Shown: positions 37,602 through 48,622, counted from the first letter of the stretch. The stretch: 64,000 bases of DNA from Candidatus Poribacteria bacterium (GCA_963665235.2 CAXXLX010000001.1:3008001-3072000), one strand, 5' to 3'. Numbers and translations are program-made. The notes: generated by a model not told the origin, from the sequence alone.

Positions 37602-38438
37602 ACCTAACTTGTGTCGGGTCGTTTGCGGTATTTTGCTTGCATCGGTAGCAATTGCATACTGAAGCGCATTTGAACACCCACACCCGCGCTCCTCATCCGG
37701 AATCCTAGCGACAACCGCCCGGACAGTCCGTTTTGAGGTTGACACATTCGCAAGGAGGTTCTCAAGAATCATCTCAGTGGTTACGTTGTCGTGTTCAGGA
37801 TGCCAGCAGTCGTAATCGGTTGAACAAGCGAGAACAGCATAACAGATTTCCGCTTCACGCGCTAATTTCGCCTCTTGTGCAGCGGTCATCCCGATAATAT
37901 CGAACCCTAATTGCCGATACACGTTCGATTCTGCTTGTGTGGAAAATGCCGGCCCCTCCATACAGATGTAGGTACCGCCGTTATGAACAGATGCACCGGC
38001 TTCGGTCGCAGCCGCGTATAAAAGATTACCTAAAATCGAACAGAACGGGTGTGCAAGACTAATATGTACCGCAATTCCCTCACCGAAAAAGGTTGACACC
38101 CGATTTTTGGTATGGTCATACAACTGGTCTGGAACAACGAAATGGCGTGGTTCAATCGCCTCTCTTAAACTGCCTACGGCACTGACAGAGATGAGCCACT
38201 CTACACCCAACGATTTTAAGGCATAAATATTGGCAGGAACATTTATATCAGCGGGGAGTAGCCGATGCCCAACACCGTGACGCGGCAAAAAAACAACCGG
38301 CCGCCCATCAAGGTTGCCTAAAACAAGGGCATCGCTCGGAGCTCCAAACGGAGTCTCAACCGTTATCTCTTCGATATCGGTTAAACCCTCCATTTGGTAA
38401 AAACCGCTACCCCCAATGATTCCTATTTTGACACTCAT
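37575..38438 (-). CDS. mtnP: S-methyl-5'-thioadenosine phosphorylase
   Basis: IGIIGGSG, LPRHG, SAVGSL, MEGPAFST, IGMT, TDYDCWH. Confidence 0.93.
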   Translation of the reverse strand: MSVKIGIIGGSGFYQMEGLTDIEEITVETPFGAPSDALVLGNLDGRPVVFLPRHGVGHRLLPADINVPANIYALKSLGVEWLISVSAVGSLREAIEPRHFVVPDQLYDHTKNRVSTFFGEGIAVHISLAHPFCSILGNLLYAAATEAGASVHNGGTYICMEGPAFSTQAESNVYRQLGFDIIGMTAAQEAKLAREAEICYAVLACSTDYDCWHPEHDNVTTEMILENLLANVSTSKRTVRAVVARIPDEERGCGCSNALQYAIATDASKIPQTTRHKLGLLLDKYIS

Positions 38439-38491
38439 ATATATCTATTCTCCAAAGGAAAAGCGAAGCAGCAAACTGCTTTTGATTCATT

Positions 38492-39313
38492 ATGGCATTG
38501 CTAAACTGTGGAAATTGGACACTTGAAGGAAAATCTAGCTCAGCTGTCGCTACATACATTCGCGTGAGAGAGCTTGACCTAATTTTTGACCTCGGCAGGT
38601 GTCCAATGCATTTTATAGGGACAGACAACGTCTTTATTTCCCACTTCCATCTCGACCATTATTTTGGGTTACCTATCTATATCAGTCAACGGTGGCTTGC
38701 AGGAATGCCCCCAGGCAATATCCACGTACCAGCAAACGGTTTTAAGCAGCTACAGAATATTCTCGATCGAATTTCTGCCCTCGATTCAAGTAAGAATTGG
38801 AGCTATCAGATTACACCCGTGCAAGTTGGAGACGCTATTCCCTTTAGGCGAAATCTCGTTGCACACATCTTACCGAGTGAACACAACGTTCCTGCTGTGT
38901 CCTATCTCATTTGCGAAATTCGCAAAAAACTGAAACCCGAATATCATAACTTACCGGGACCTGACATCGCCGCACTCAAACAGGAAGGCGTTGAAATTAC
39001 AAACGAGGTGCAGTTACCGCTCATAGCATATTTGGGCGACACGCGCAGCATTCCGATGGACGCGCACCCCTTACTTAAGCAGTGTAAACTCCTTATATGT
39101 GAGTGCACTTTTGTTACACCTGAACACCGAGAACGCGCCAAAAGGACAATGCACCTCCACCTAGACATGTTACCGCCACTCCTATCGCAATTTGAGAGTG
39201 AGCATATCGTCTTGATGCACTTCTCACGCCGCTATACACCGGAACTCATCCAGCATCAAGTTTTCGACCGTCTACCGGTTTCTGAACATTCGCGCGTTCA
39301 GCTATTTTTGTAA
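38492..39313 (+). CDS. MBL-fold metallohydrolase (RNase Z-like)
   Basis: SHFHLDH, AYLGDT, ICECTF, MHFSRRY. Confidence 0.85.
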   Translation: MALLNCGNWTLEGKSSSAVATYIRVRELDLIFDLGRCPMHFIGTDNVFISHFHLDHYFGLPIYISQRWLAGMPPGNIHVPANGFKQLQNILDRISALDSSKNWSYQITPVQVGDAIPFRRNLVAHILPSEHNVPAVSYLICEIRKKLKPEYHNLPGPDIAALKQEGVEITNEVQLPLIAYLGDTRSIPMDAHPLLKQCKLLICECTFVTPEHRERAKRTMHLHLDMLPPLLSQFESEHIVLMHFSRRYTPELIQHQVFDRLPVSEHSRVQLFL

Positions 39314-39352
39314 CTTGTAACCTTCAACGCTCAGCTAAACCCACAAACTGCA

Positions 39353-40756
39353 TTAGTTTGCTGCACCGGGATAAGATTTCGGATCTTGATCGGACGTGCC
39401 GTGTTCTTGTTCTACATAGAACTTATAGCCATCCTGGTCCTGGTCAAGTTCATATTGCCGGACCCGCTGTTCCGCTTCGCGAAAGTAGGATGAATCTCCT
39501 TTTGAGAGGCTCATATACGTTTTGAACCCTTCATAAGCATTACTAAATTCCCGAATAGCACTAAAGCAGATGGCTTGTTGGTAGACCCCTTCGTTCCGCC
39601 AGATGGACTCCGGTGCCTTGTCGAACAGCTCCTCGTAGGATTCAATAGCACGTTGATAATTTCCATTTTCCTGGTAAAGACGACTTTTTTGGAACAGTGC
39701 ATCCGCAGCAGCGTATTTCCTATATGACAGGTTTGTAGCCAGGGTCGCGTAGGTTTGAATGGCAAACGGGTAATTGCGCAGTTTCACCCAATTTCTAGCA
39801 ATTTGCTGAAAACACTGCACGACAAGATCGGCACTGCCCATCAAATATAACTCACTTGGTAGCACCTCACGGCCCGCTGCTTGGAATTCTTTTGCCTTTT
39901 TGCTCGTATTCTGCTGAATCTCAGCTTGGAGCTGATCATTTTCGGTCAAAAGGTCCGCAGTCTTCTTCAGCAACGTTTCCGCTCGAGATGCCTCGTAAGA
40001 ATCCGGAAACTTTTGAACAACCGCTACAAACGCACCCCAACCCCCACTGTTCGTATAGTCATACATTTCGTAAAAGTAGATGTTTCCGATCTGGAATTGG
40101 GATTGTGAAGCCTTTTCGTGTTCCGCGAATTCTGCAACCACTCTCTTATAGGTCTCAATCGCTTGCGGATAATTCTCTAAAGACTCATAAGCTTGGGCAA
40201 CTCTATAAAGTGCCTCAGCAGCAATATTAAAGGTTTCTTCTGTCGGCTCAGTATCGTAAATTGCTTTGTAGTTTTGATATTCTGCTCGCTTAGCGTTGAT
40301 AATCTCGCGGTTCCGCCGAATACTATCTATACCGCTCTTCGCCTCACTCGCGTAGTATCCAGTAGGGTCAAGGGTAACGATAGCCTCATAATGCTCAGTG
40401 GCTTGATCCCATTCATAACGCTTTTTGTAGATTGCGGCGATTTGATAATGGGCGCGCTGCGCGTATTTTCCCCCGGGGGCTTTTTCAAGCACCTCTATGT
40501 AAAGTGTCATCGCTTTATCGTAAAGTTCCTGTTTCTTGGCGCGCTGCTTCTTCAAAACTTCCGGCTCATCGGAACGAACTACCACAGCTTCAGCCTTCTC
40601 AAACGCAGTATCAGCATTCTGAATCCTTGCACTCAGTGGAATAATGTCAATCCCACCCTGGCAACCGATAAGCGTCACTGCCAGAAAACCGAATGCAAGC
40701 AGAAGCAGATAGCTTCGATGTATTCCCAGCCTTAAGCCGGGTATGAAACGGGTCAT
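39353..40756 (-). CDS. TPR-repeat lipoprotein (BamD/CpoB-like repeats)
   Basis: Lipobox LIGC and multiple TPR pairs (AHYQIA, ALYRVA, SQFQIG, ALFQKS). Confidence 0.8.
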   Translation of the reverse strand: MTRFIPGLRLGIHRSYLLLLAFGFLAVTLIGCQGGIDIIPLSARIQNADTAFEKAEAVVVRSDEPEVLKKQRAKKQELYDKAMTLYIEVLEKAPGGKYAQRAHYQIAAIYKKRYEWDQATEHYEAIVTLDPTGYYASEAKSGIDSIRRNREIINAKRAEYQNYKAIYDTEPTEETFNIAAEALYRVAQAYESLENYPQAIETYKRVVAEFAEHEKASQSQFQIGNIYFYEMYDYTNSGGWGAFVAVVQKFPDSYEASRAETLLKKTADLLTENDQLQAEIQQNTSKKAKEFQAAGREVLPSELYLMGSADLVVQCFQQIARNWVKLRNYPFAIQTYATLATNLSYRKYAAADALFQKSRLYQENGNYQRAIESYEELFDKAPESIWRNEGVYQQAICFSAIREFSNAYEGFKTYMSLSKGDSSYFREAEQRVRQYELDQDQDGYKFYVEQEHGTSDQDPKSYPGAAN

Positions 40757-41039
40757 GTTGTTAATCCTCCTCAAAAGTAAATAGTAAAAACTTACCGGGG
40801 TGTTCATTAAACCTACCGGCTTTCCGTATTTTCATTAAGTATAACAGATTCAAAAAAATTGTCAAGAAGAAATTTGTTTTTTTACACTTTTTTTAAGGCT
40901 GTCTAATTCTGAGTATTGAATAGGTTGCCGAACAATATTAAATTTAAAATATTAAAGGATGCGTAAAATTTTTGTGCTTAACGGGTTATGTCCGAGCGTG
41001 CTGTGCAAGCGATACCTTTCTATATAGGCGGACACCTCT

Positions 41040-41235
41040 TAAACTCCGCGTCTTCCGCGTTCTCCGCGCTAATCCGTGATTCAGACAAAAAACGCTAAAA
41101 CTATAATCACAAAACTTTGATTGTTACGCACCTTAAACTCCGCGTCTTCCGTGTCCTTCGCGCTAATCCGCGATTCAGACAAGGCGGATAATCCGCGCCT
41201 TCTGCGTCCTCCGCGCCTTCCGTGATTCAGACAAC
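41040..41235. repeat. Cluster of dispersed repeats (ccgcg..tccgcgctaatccg.gattcagacaa); other copies at ~32445-32480 and, reversed, ~50446-50490
   Basis: Three imperfect copies, each ending gattcagacaa. Confidence 0.75.
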
Positions 41236-41336
41236 ACACGCGAAATCCACTCTGCCCCCCTCCACGCTTCCACCCTTCCGCCCTTCCATCTAACCCTTTG
41301 ACAAAAACTTTACACACTCAATATTAAAAAACCTAC

Positions 41337-41365
41337 TTGACAAATCAGATTAAAATATGTAAAAT
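41337..41365 (+). promoter_or_regulatory. Sigma70-like promoter
   Basis: TTGACA-17 nt-TAAAAT. Confidence 0.6.
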
Positions 41366-41441
41366 AGACGTGTCATACAAATTATGGAGGGAGTAAAATG
41401 TCCCTCTTCGGTAAACATAAATTATCGCAAGGAGGCAAATT

Positions 41442-42344
41442 ATGGAAAACGCAGCTTACAAAATTGGCGTTGTGGGGGTCGGACGGATGGGCGCGAACAT
41501 TGCCCGACACCTCAATGACGAAGGATTTGATGTAGTGACCGTATATGATGTCGCAAGCGAACGCGCACAAGAACTTGCAACGGAACTCGGGGCAACAGCG
41601 ACAGACGAACTCGCGCAGGTCACCGCACTTGCAGATTATATCATCACCGTTGTTACGGACGACGCAGCGATGCGCCAAATCTTCTCCGAAGATGCTGATG
41701 ACAGTCTACTCAAAAACGCATCCGGAAAACTCTTTATCAACTGTGCCACAATTAGTCCACAGGTACATGTGGATATTGAACAACTCGCTGAGAAGCACGG
41801 CGCGGAAAGCCTTGAAGGCTGCATGGCGAGCAGCATTACACAAGCAAGGGAAGGCACACTCTATCTGATGTGTGGCGGTAAAAAGGCAACCTTCGATAAG
41901 GCACACCCAATTCTCGATTCAATGAGCGTTTCCCTACGGTACATCGGCGAAGCAGGAAGAGCAGCACAAGTCAAGGCATTGGTAAACATGGTTATGAATA
42001 TTAACACTGCCGGGCTGGCAGAAGGACTCGGCTTGGGAGCAGCACTCGGATTGGATTTGGAGATGTTGCAAGAAGTATTTGCACAGACAGGCGCAAACTC
42101 CCGCGTTTTGGAAACAGATGGCGAGGATATGCAGATTCGCGACCATGAATGCTATTTCTCGTCCGCACATGCATCTAAAGATTCCGGTATTGCACTTGAC
42201 TTGGCAAATGCTGAAGGCATTAACCTTCCGCTTGCACAGGCAACCAAAGACCAATACGACCGCATGATTGAACTCGGATTGGGCGACCTAGATAAGTCCG
42301 GCATCGCTGAATTGACGTTCCCCGGACGCGGCGAAAATAAATAG
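41442..42344 (+). CDS. NAD(P)-dependent oxidoreductase, 3-hydroxyisobutyrate dehydrogenase family
   Basis: GVVGVGRMGANIA, GTLYLMCGG, AAQVKALVN, KDSGIA. Confidence 0.9.
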   Translation: MENAAYKIGVVGVGRMGANIARHLNDEGFDVVTVYDVASERAQELATELGATATDELAQVTALADYIITVVTDDAAMRQIFSEDADDSLLKNASGKLFINCATISPQVHVDIEQLAEKHGAESLEGCMASSITQAREGTLYLMCGGKKATFDKAHPILDSMSVSLRYIGEAGRAAQVKALVNMVMNINTAGLAEGLGLGAALGLDLEMLQEVFAQTGANSRVLETDGEDMQIRDHECYFSSAHASKDSGIALDLANAEGINLPLAQATKDQYDRMIELGLGDLDKSGIAELTFPGRGENK

Positions 42345-42405
42345 GGGGCAGCGCATAAAGCGGCTCTGTCGAAATTTTTCGGTGCGTAAAACAAGGAAAG
42401 AAGCA

Positions 42406-43131
42406 ATGCTCAAAGGCGTAATTCTGGCCGGGGGCTTAGGCACCCGTTTGCATCCGCTCACAAAGGGCATCAGTAAACATCTCTTGCCTGTCGGCAATGA
42501 ACCGATGGTGTTTCACAGCGTCAAGCAGCTCACAACAGTAGGAATTACCGATATCTTGATTGTGACGAATCCGCCGTACGTCGAGGATTTTGTGAACGCG
42601 CTCGGAAGCGGAAGCGACTTTGGGTGTGAATTCACCTATCGCGTACAGGACGAGCCAAAAGGCATTGCCCATGCACTCGCGTTAGCTGAAGGGTTCACCG
42701 CCGATAGCAGAATCGTTGTCCTGCTCGGCGACAACATCTTCGAAACCTCTATTCAGCACGCCGTTACCGATTTTCATGCACAACAGGCCGGGGCCCGTGT
42801 GCTGCTCAAACAGGTGAATGACCCTGAACGTTACGGCGTGGCCACCCTGAATGGAAACCGTATTGTCGCAATTGAGGAGAAACCAACGCACCCTAAAAGC
42901 AATTATGCGGTGGTAGGTGCCTATTTCTACGATGCCGAGGTATTTGACATCATTCGCACAATTGAACCCTCAGCGCGGGGTGAATACGAAATAACCGCGG
43001 TCAATAACGTCTATATACACCGCGGGCAGCTCGAATACAGCCACGTGAAGGGCAGATGGGTCGACGCTGGAACCCCGGAGTCCCTCGCTGAAGCGAATCA
43101 GATCCTTTTGAATCGGGAGAACAAACTTTGA
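42406..43131 (+). CDS. Sugar-phosphate nucleotidyltransferase (short RmlA/SpsI-like)
   Basis: KGVILAGGLGTRLHPLT, SKHLLPV, LGDNIF, EEKP, PSARGEYEIT, WVDAGT. Confidence 0.9.
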   Translation: MLKGVILAGGLGTRLHPLTKGISKHLLPVGNEPMVFHSVKQLTTVGITDILIVTNPPYVEDFVNALGSGSDFGCEFTYRVQDEPKGIAHALALAEGFTADSRIVVLLGDNIFETSIQHAVTDFHAQQAGARVLLKQVNDPERYGVATLNGNRIVAIEEKPTHPKSNYAVVGAYFYDAEVFDIIRTIEPSARGEYEITAVNNVYIHRGQLEYSHVKGRWVDAGTPESLAEANQILLNRENKL

Positions 43132-44339
43132 AACCAACGCAAAATCCGCTCCTCTCAATTGTTGTCCCGGTCTATAACGAGGAGGAGAACGTCCTGCCCC
43201 TATTTGAAAAAATAGAGACGGTATGTGAGACAATTGACGAAACTTATGAGGTGCTGTTTGTGGACGACGGAAGCCGAGATAAAACCTTTGACGTGCTTAC
43301 CGAATTGCACGAGCGGGCACCGCAAGTCGTCGTCATCCGATTTGAGGAGAATGCCGGGCAAACCGCAGCGATGGCCGCAGGATTTCAATTCGCACGCGGA
43401 CAACGGATTATCAGCATGGATGGCGACCTGCAAAATGACCCCGCTGATATTCCAAACCTGCTTCGGAAACTTGACGAGGGGTACGACCTGGTGTGCGGAT
43501 GGCGAAAAGAACGGCACGATAAATTCTGGAGCCGACGCGTCCCCTCAATCGTTGCCAACTGGATAATTGCAAAGGTAACAGGTGTCCCAATTCACGATAA
43601 CGGCTGTTCACTCAAAGCCTATCGGTCAGAAATGATCAAACAGGTACCGCTTTACGGAGAGATGCACCGGTTTATTCCGGCTATCTCCACAGTAGCGGGC
43701 GCACGCATCGCTGAAATTGTGGTCACACATCACCCGCGACGCTTTGGCACAAGCAAGTACGGACTCGGCAGGGTCTGGCGTGTCATGCTCGATATTATCG
43801 CCTTTAAGCTGATACTCTCAGTTTTTACACCGAAGTCGGCATCGCAAGACGATTCTGCACAGCAACAGACATGTGACAACCGAGGCCGCCCAAAAATCCG
43901 GGCCTTTCTCGCTTTTCTGTTCTTCAGCACCCTTTTCTTCGTGCTCGGATGCCTGTTATTTGATGTCGCTATGCTTGCAGCATTCAGCACTATTGGATTG
44001 GGGGTAGCGTTGATAGGGCTCGGTTTGATTGCCATATCCACGCTTGCCAAGGCGCAGCAAGAATCAGCGGAGTTGGGCAGCCTTGCGCGTTTTTTCATGT
44101 CTCGCTGCGCAAGACGACCGAGCCGCTGTTTCGGACCTGTTGGTGCAATGCTGTTCTTGATTGGTATAGGACTGACAATTTGGATGCTGAACCTCGGAGC
44201 CGTTTTAATGAACATCGGTATTTTGATATTCTGCACCGGTTTACTCGGGGAACTCATTGCCTTTGCCAACGCCAAGCGGGTTACAGATTATAAGGTCAAA
44301 ACCCTTTTGAGCACCCCTGAACGAGGTGAAACATTTTGA
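43128..44339 (+). CDS. GT2 glycosyltransferase (ArnC/DPM synthase-like) with C-terminal TM helices
   Basis: SIVVPVYNEEEN, VDDGSRD, MDGDLQNDP, GEMHRFIP. Confidence 0.9.
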   Translation: MKPTQNPLLSIVVPVYNEEENVLPLFEKIETVCETIDETYEVLFVDDGSRDKTFDVLTELHERAPQVVVIRFEENAGQTAAMAAGFQFARGQRIISMDGDLQNDPADIPNLLRKLDEGYDLVCGWRKERHDKFWSRRVPSIVANWIIAKVTGVPIHDNGCSLKAYRSEMIKQVPLYGEMHRFIPAISTVAGARIAEIVVTHHPRRFGTSKYGLGRVWRVMLDIIAFKLILSVFTPKSASQDDSAQQQTCDNRGRPKIRAFLAFLFFSTLFFVLGCLLFDVAMLAAFSTIGLGVALIGLGLIAISTLAKAQQESAELGSLARFFMSRCARRPSRCFGPVGAMLFLIGIGLTIWMLNLGAVLMNIGILIFCTGLLGELIAFANAKRVTDYKVKTLLSTPERGETF

Positions 44340-45472
44340 AGAACTCTCTTGAGAGCTGGCGAGCCGAATTTCCGGTAACCGAAACCTATATCTATATGAA
44401 TCACGCTGGCGTTGCCCCGTTGTCACGGCGGGTGCAGGATGTGATGGGAGCATTTATAGAGGATGCCACTGTCAACGGCGCGGTCAATGCCGAGCGTTGG
44501 GCTGAAACTGCTGAAGCCTGTCGGGCAGTCGCTGCACAGCTCATCAATGCCGATACAACAGAAATCGCGTTTATGAAAAACACAACGCAAGGCATACTCA
44601 TCGCGGCAAACGGTATTGACTGGCGAGAAGGCGACAACGTCGTCACAACGGCGGTAGAGTTTCCCGCAAACGTCTATCCCTGGTGGAGTCTGAAAGAACG
44701 GGACGGTGTGGAAACGCGGATGGTCCCCGAACGTGATGGATGTATTCATCTTGAAGACATCGCTGCAGCCATCGACAGGCGGACGCGCGTTGTAACAATT
44801 AGCCATGTAGAATTCGCCTCCGGCTATCGGAACGATATTCAAGCGATTGGAAACTTGTGTCGAGAACGCGATATCTGGTTTGTTGTCGACGCAATTCAGA
44901 GCCTCGGTGCAATTGAGGTGGATGTGAAAGCGTGCCACGTTGATATTCTCGCCGCCGATGGACATAAGTGGTTGCTAGCCCCAGAGGGAGCGGCGATTTT
45001 CTATTGTGCCGACGAAAAACGGGAACGGCTCATCAATACAAATGTTGGATGGGCAAGTGTCGTTAACCCGCGCGATTTTCTCAACTACGACCTTACCCTC
45101 AAACCGGATGCTACCCAGTTTGAGGAGGGCTCATACAACAGTGTCGGTTTATACGGACTCAACGCAGCGATCGAATTAGTCCTTGAGGTTGGCATTGCTA
45201 ACATTGAGACGCACATTTTAGACCTCACTACCCGTTTAATCACAGGATTGGAAGCCAAAGGATATCGGACTATCACACCCAAAATGGAGACTGAGCGAGC
45301 AGGCATTGTTATCTTTGAAAGCGTGAAGCAGACACCCGCTGAAACATATAAGGCACTCCTTGAACAGCACATAATCACTGCCGAACGGGGCAGCGGTGTC
45401 AGGGTCTCGCCACATTTTTATAACACCGAAGCGGAAATCACACATCTGCTCGATGCTTTACCCGCTTTGTAG
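44336..45472 (+). CDS. Class V PLP aminotransferase / cysteine desulfurase-like enzyme
   Basis: YMNHAGVAP, EFPANV, VDAIQSLG, GHKWLL, RVSPHFYNT. Confidence 0.9.
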   Translation: MKNSLESWRAEFPVTETYIYMNHAGVAPLSRRVQDVMGAFIEDATVNGAVNAERWAETAEACRAVAAQLINADTTEIAFMKNTTQGILIAANGIDWREGDNVVTTAVEFPANVYPWWSLKERDGVETRMVPERDGCIHLEDIAAAIDRRTRVVTISHVEFASGYRNDIQAIGNLCRERDIWFVVDAIQSLGAIEVDVKACHVDILAADGHKWLLAPEGAAIFYCADEKRERLINTNVGWASVVNPRDFLNYDLTLKPDATQFEEGSYNSVGLYGLNAAIELVLEVGIANIETHILDLTTRLITGLEAKGYRTITPKMETERAGIVIFESVKQTPAETYKALLEQHIITAERGSGVRVSPHFYNTEAEITHLLDALPAL

Positions 45473-45601
45473 GTCAGTTTGGCTGTTAGCTTATGGAAAC
45501 CAGAGTGACACTGAAGCGCGTCAGAAACCTGTTTAGCTTCAAAAACTCTTGCTAATCGCCAATTGCTAATTGCTAATCGCTAATTACCTAGGAACGAAAA
45601 A

Positions 45602-47023
45602 TTGCGTATACACACACAAAACAACATCAAACAGGTTATAACAACCTGCTTCTGGTTTATCATCGGATTTTTGATAGTCCTTAGCGGATGCATGCCCCCC
45701 GGGGGTAGACAGAAAGTCAGTCGGATCCGGTTCTCTGTTCAGAATACGTTGCCTATCCCCCGGAAAAATGTTCCGATTGTGCTGACAAGCGAGCAACTCC
45801 GAAAAGTTAATCCCGATTTCTCCTTCAAAGCCTTTTCTGTTGTTACCGGAGAAGCCCCAAAGGAGGTACCAATTCCTGCCCAGGCCGATGACCTCAACTA
45901 CGATGGCGAACGGGACCAGATCAGCTTTCTGCTCACCCTGGAGCAGGGGGAAACGAAAGAGATTTCAATCCTTTATGACCCGACTGTGCCGACAACGCTA
46001 ACGCTTGATATTAATAAACAGACGCGCGCGGGGATTTTTCCTGAGCTGAACGCGGTCGCCGCCCTGGAATCTAATCTGATTGCCTACATCTTGAAACCGA
46101 ACGGGGGTGTTATCGCCTACGGCAAAAAGCGGGCAGAACTTTTTAGTGTTGATGCAATGTTTCAAGGCGAATTAGGATACGGCAACACACTCTCGCCGGA
46201 GTTCAGACTCCATTTTGAAACCAACAGCGTCCCGCTTTCCCAAAACCCGCAGGCATTGAGGATAGAGGTTAAAAAACCTGAACAGCAGTGGATAATTCAT
46301 GACCTTGAGAATCAGGAGAGCTACTTCATCCGTAAATCCGAAGAGCAGCTTGATCTCTCCAAATCCATCGGTTTATCGCTAAACGCGCTCCTTGACCCTG
46401 AAAATACAACTATGGTCGCACTAACACCCGAAGATGGGGTAATTGGATGCGGAGGGTTTGCCTTATGGGATAAAGAGAAATCGGTATTCATTCCGATACC
46501 CGATGAAGGCGATTATGTCCGTATCCTCGCCGACGGTTCCATCCGTTCCATTGTTCAACGAATTCTTCCGGAATGGAACGTCAACGGCAAAATCCTGCGG
46601 TTAACCTCAACAACTTTTATCTATGGCGAAAATCCGTGGCTTGAACATCAGCTCCATGTTGATGGAGACCTACCGGCGGAATATGCTATTGTCGCCGGCA
46701 TTCCGAATATAGGTGGGACCTCCGGTACCGATGGGGAATTAGGGGCAATATGGAGTTGGGGAACAGCGGGGGCAGGCGTGGCACTGATTTATCCAACCAC
46801 AACTGCCAGTGAATTAATTTCCACTGATGAACCTTTTTTCCCAGTGACTTTAAACCTTGATACGGAAGGACGACTCAGTTATCGCGCCTTAGCTGTCTGG
46901 CGTGGCGGCATTGATGGAATAGAGACCGAAACCGAGTTCGCGGACTATGTCCAAGTTACAGCAACCTCAATGCAGAACCCGCCGCGAATCAAATTTTTGC
47001 CCCCAGAGGACGTGGAAAAGTAG
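45602..47023 (+). CDS. Lipoprotein with a DUF4861-like domain
   Basis: Lipobox LSGC; IPAQADDLNYDGERDQISF, ESNLIAY, YGK, IGCGGFALW. Confidence 0.6.
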   Translation: MRIHTQNNIKQVITTCFWFIIGFLIVLSGCMPPGGRQKVSRIRFSVQNTLPIPRKNVPIVLTSEQLRKVNPDFSFKAFSVVTGEAPKEVPIPAQADDLNYDGERDQISFLLTLEQGETKEISILYDPTVPTTLTLDINKQTRAGIFPELNAVAALESNLIAYILKPNGGVIAYGKKRAELFSVDAMFQGELGYGNTLSPEFRLHFETNSVPLSQNPQALRIEVKKPEQQWIIHDLENQESYFIRKSEEQLDLSKSIGLSLNALLDPENTTMVALTPEDGVIGCGGFALWDKEKSVFIPIPDEGDYVRILADGSIRSIVQRILPEWNVNGKILRLTSTTFIYGENPWLEHQLHVDGDLPAEYAIVAGIPNIGGTSGTDGELGAIWSWGTAGAGVALIYPTTTASELISTDEPFFPVTLNLDTEGRLSYRALAVWRGGIDGIETETEFADYVQVTATSMQNPPRIKFLPPEDVEK

Positions 47024-47091
47024 TGCTATCTTCTGTAGGAGCGTGCTGTGCACGCGACCTCTTATAAAAAATTCACGGGATGGAGAAAACT

Positions 47092-47703
47092 ATGCTAAAC
47101 AAGGAGAAATGTCTACAGCTTATCGCTGCACAACGCACCGACGACATCGTCGTTACGACGATGGGAACAGCCGCACCGTGGGGCAAATTGTCCACGCATC
47201 CGTTGGATTACGCATCTGTCGGCAGTGCTATGGGGCACGCCGCTGACTTCGCACTCGGCATTGCCCTTGCCAAACCTGAAAAAAAGGTCGTCGTACTCAA
47301 TGGCGACGGAAGCATGTTGATGTGTCTAGGCACACTTGCAACCATTACAGGTTTGAAAAATCCGCCTACCAACTATCTCCTTTTCGTTTGTGATAACGGA
47401 ACTTATGAGGTAACCGGCAATCAACCGGTGCCACGAAGTCCTAACTTTAGCTGGACAACTATAGCGAAAGGTGCCGGTTTCCAGCAGGTTTACGAATTTG
47501 ATGAAGCGGATGCGTTTGAGAAGGCACTGCCAAAAATTTGGAATCAACCGGGCCCGCTCTTCGTGAACCTCAAAATCGCAATAGCCCATGAACCGCCCCC
47601 GAATCGATGGGGTGCGTTTCCGTATCCATATTTGCAGGAGTCGCTTGCAACATCAACGCACAAGCTGCGAAAAGCACTTGCTGCCAAAGGGAAAAAATTA
47701 TGA
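47092..47703 (+). CDS. ThDP-binding protein, beta-subunit type of sulfopyruvate/phosphonopyruvate decarboxylases
   Basis: GSAMGHA, GDGSMLM...DNGTYEVTGNQP ThDP motif; only ~200 aa. Confidence 0.82.
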   Translation: MLNKEKCLQLIAAQRTDDIVVTTMGTAAPWGKLSTHPLDYASVGSAMGHAADFALGIALAKPEKKVVVLNGDGSMLMCLGTLATITGLKNPPTNYLLFVCDNGTYEVTGNQPVPRSPNFSWTTIAKGAGFQQVYEFDEADAFEKALPKIWNQPGPLFVNLKIAIAHEPPPNRWGAFPYPYLQESLATSTHKLRKALAAKGKKL

Positions 47704-48599
47704 CACAGAAATTAGAGACCCGCCGAATGGGACGCACTGAAATGAAACCGAATGCGCTTGCACTTGGGGCTGCATGGTTACCGGGAAAACCGGACGCTGA
47801 AGTCATCGGCGCAATACGACGCGCTGTTGAACTCGGTATCAACTATCTCGACACCTACCCCGGCCATGCTGAACATCTCTGGGGAGAAGCCCTCTCCGGC
47901 GGTTTGAGAGAAAAGATATATTTGCAAGCCAAGGTCGGCACACACCCTGAGCGTAGAAAAGATTTCTCAGCGGATGGCACAAGGTGGAGTGTCACGAATA
48001 GCCTCAAAGACCTCCGAACGGACTATCTGGATGCCGTGCTAATCCACGACCCGATAGACATGGAGAGTGTGTTGGATAAGGGACGCGCATTGGATACGCT
48101 TGTAGAAATGAAAGCGGAAGGTCTAATCCGAAACATCGGCGCGGGGGTGCGTTCCCACGAGTTCCATAGAGAACTGATTGAAACGGGACATATTGACATT
48201 ATACTCACCTTTTTGGACTATACGTTGTTATCCCAAACCGTAGCGAAGACAACGTTGCCGTTGGCACGCGAACACGATGTCGGCATTATCCTCGCGAGCC
48301 CGTTAGGTATGGGTAATCTGACCGGTGCGGAACCGAACCTTGAAGACGAACGTCGCCGGAATCCCGATGCTGAACCGAAGGCGCACGCGATGTGGAGATG
48401 GTGTCAGGAACATGGGGTTAATATACGTCATCTGGCGATGCAGTTCTGTCTTGCCGCGCCGATAGAGGGTGTCGTCATGTTCGGGCCCGCAGACAAAGCA
48501 CAAGTGGAGGATGGATATGAAGCGGCGACAGCGGACATTCCAGAGCAGCTCTGGGAAGCCTTTGAGGCGGAATTCGGCATTCAGCGCGGTATGATGTAG
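47700..48599 (+). CDS. Aldo/keto reductase
   Basis: GINYLDT, SLKDLRTDYLD, IHDP, GLIRNIG, ASPLGMG. Confidence 0.9.
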   Translation: MTQKLETRRMGRTEMKPNALALGAAWLPGKPDAEVIGAIRRAVELGINYLDTYPGHAEHLWGEALSGGLREKIYLQAKVGTHPERRKDFSADGTRWSVTNSLKDLRTDYLDAVLIHDPIDMESVLDKGRALDTLVEMKAEGLIRNIGAGVRSHEFHRELIETGHIDIILTFLDYTLLSQTVAKTTLPLAREHDVGIILASPLGMGNLTGAEPNLEDERRRNPDAEPKAHAMWRWCQEHGVNIRHLAMQFCLAAPIEGVVMFGPADKAQVEDGYEAATADIPEQLWEAFEAEFGIQRGMM

Positions 48600-48622
48600 A
48601 ATATTTCTGTGAAGGAGAAAAG

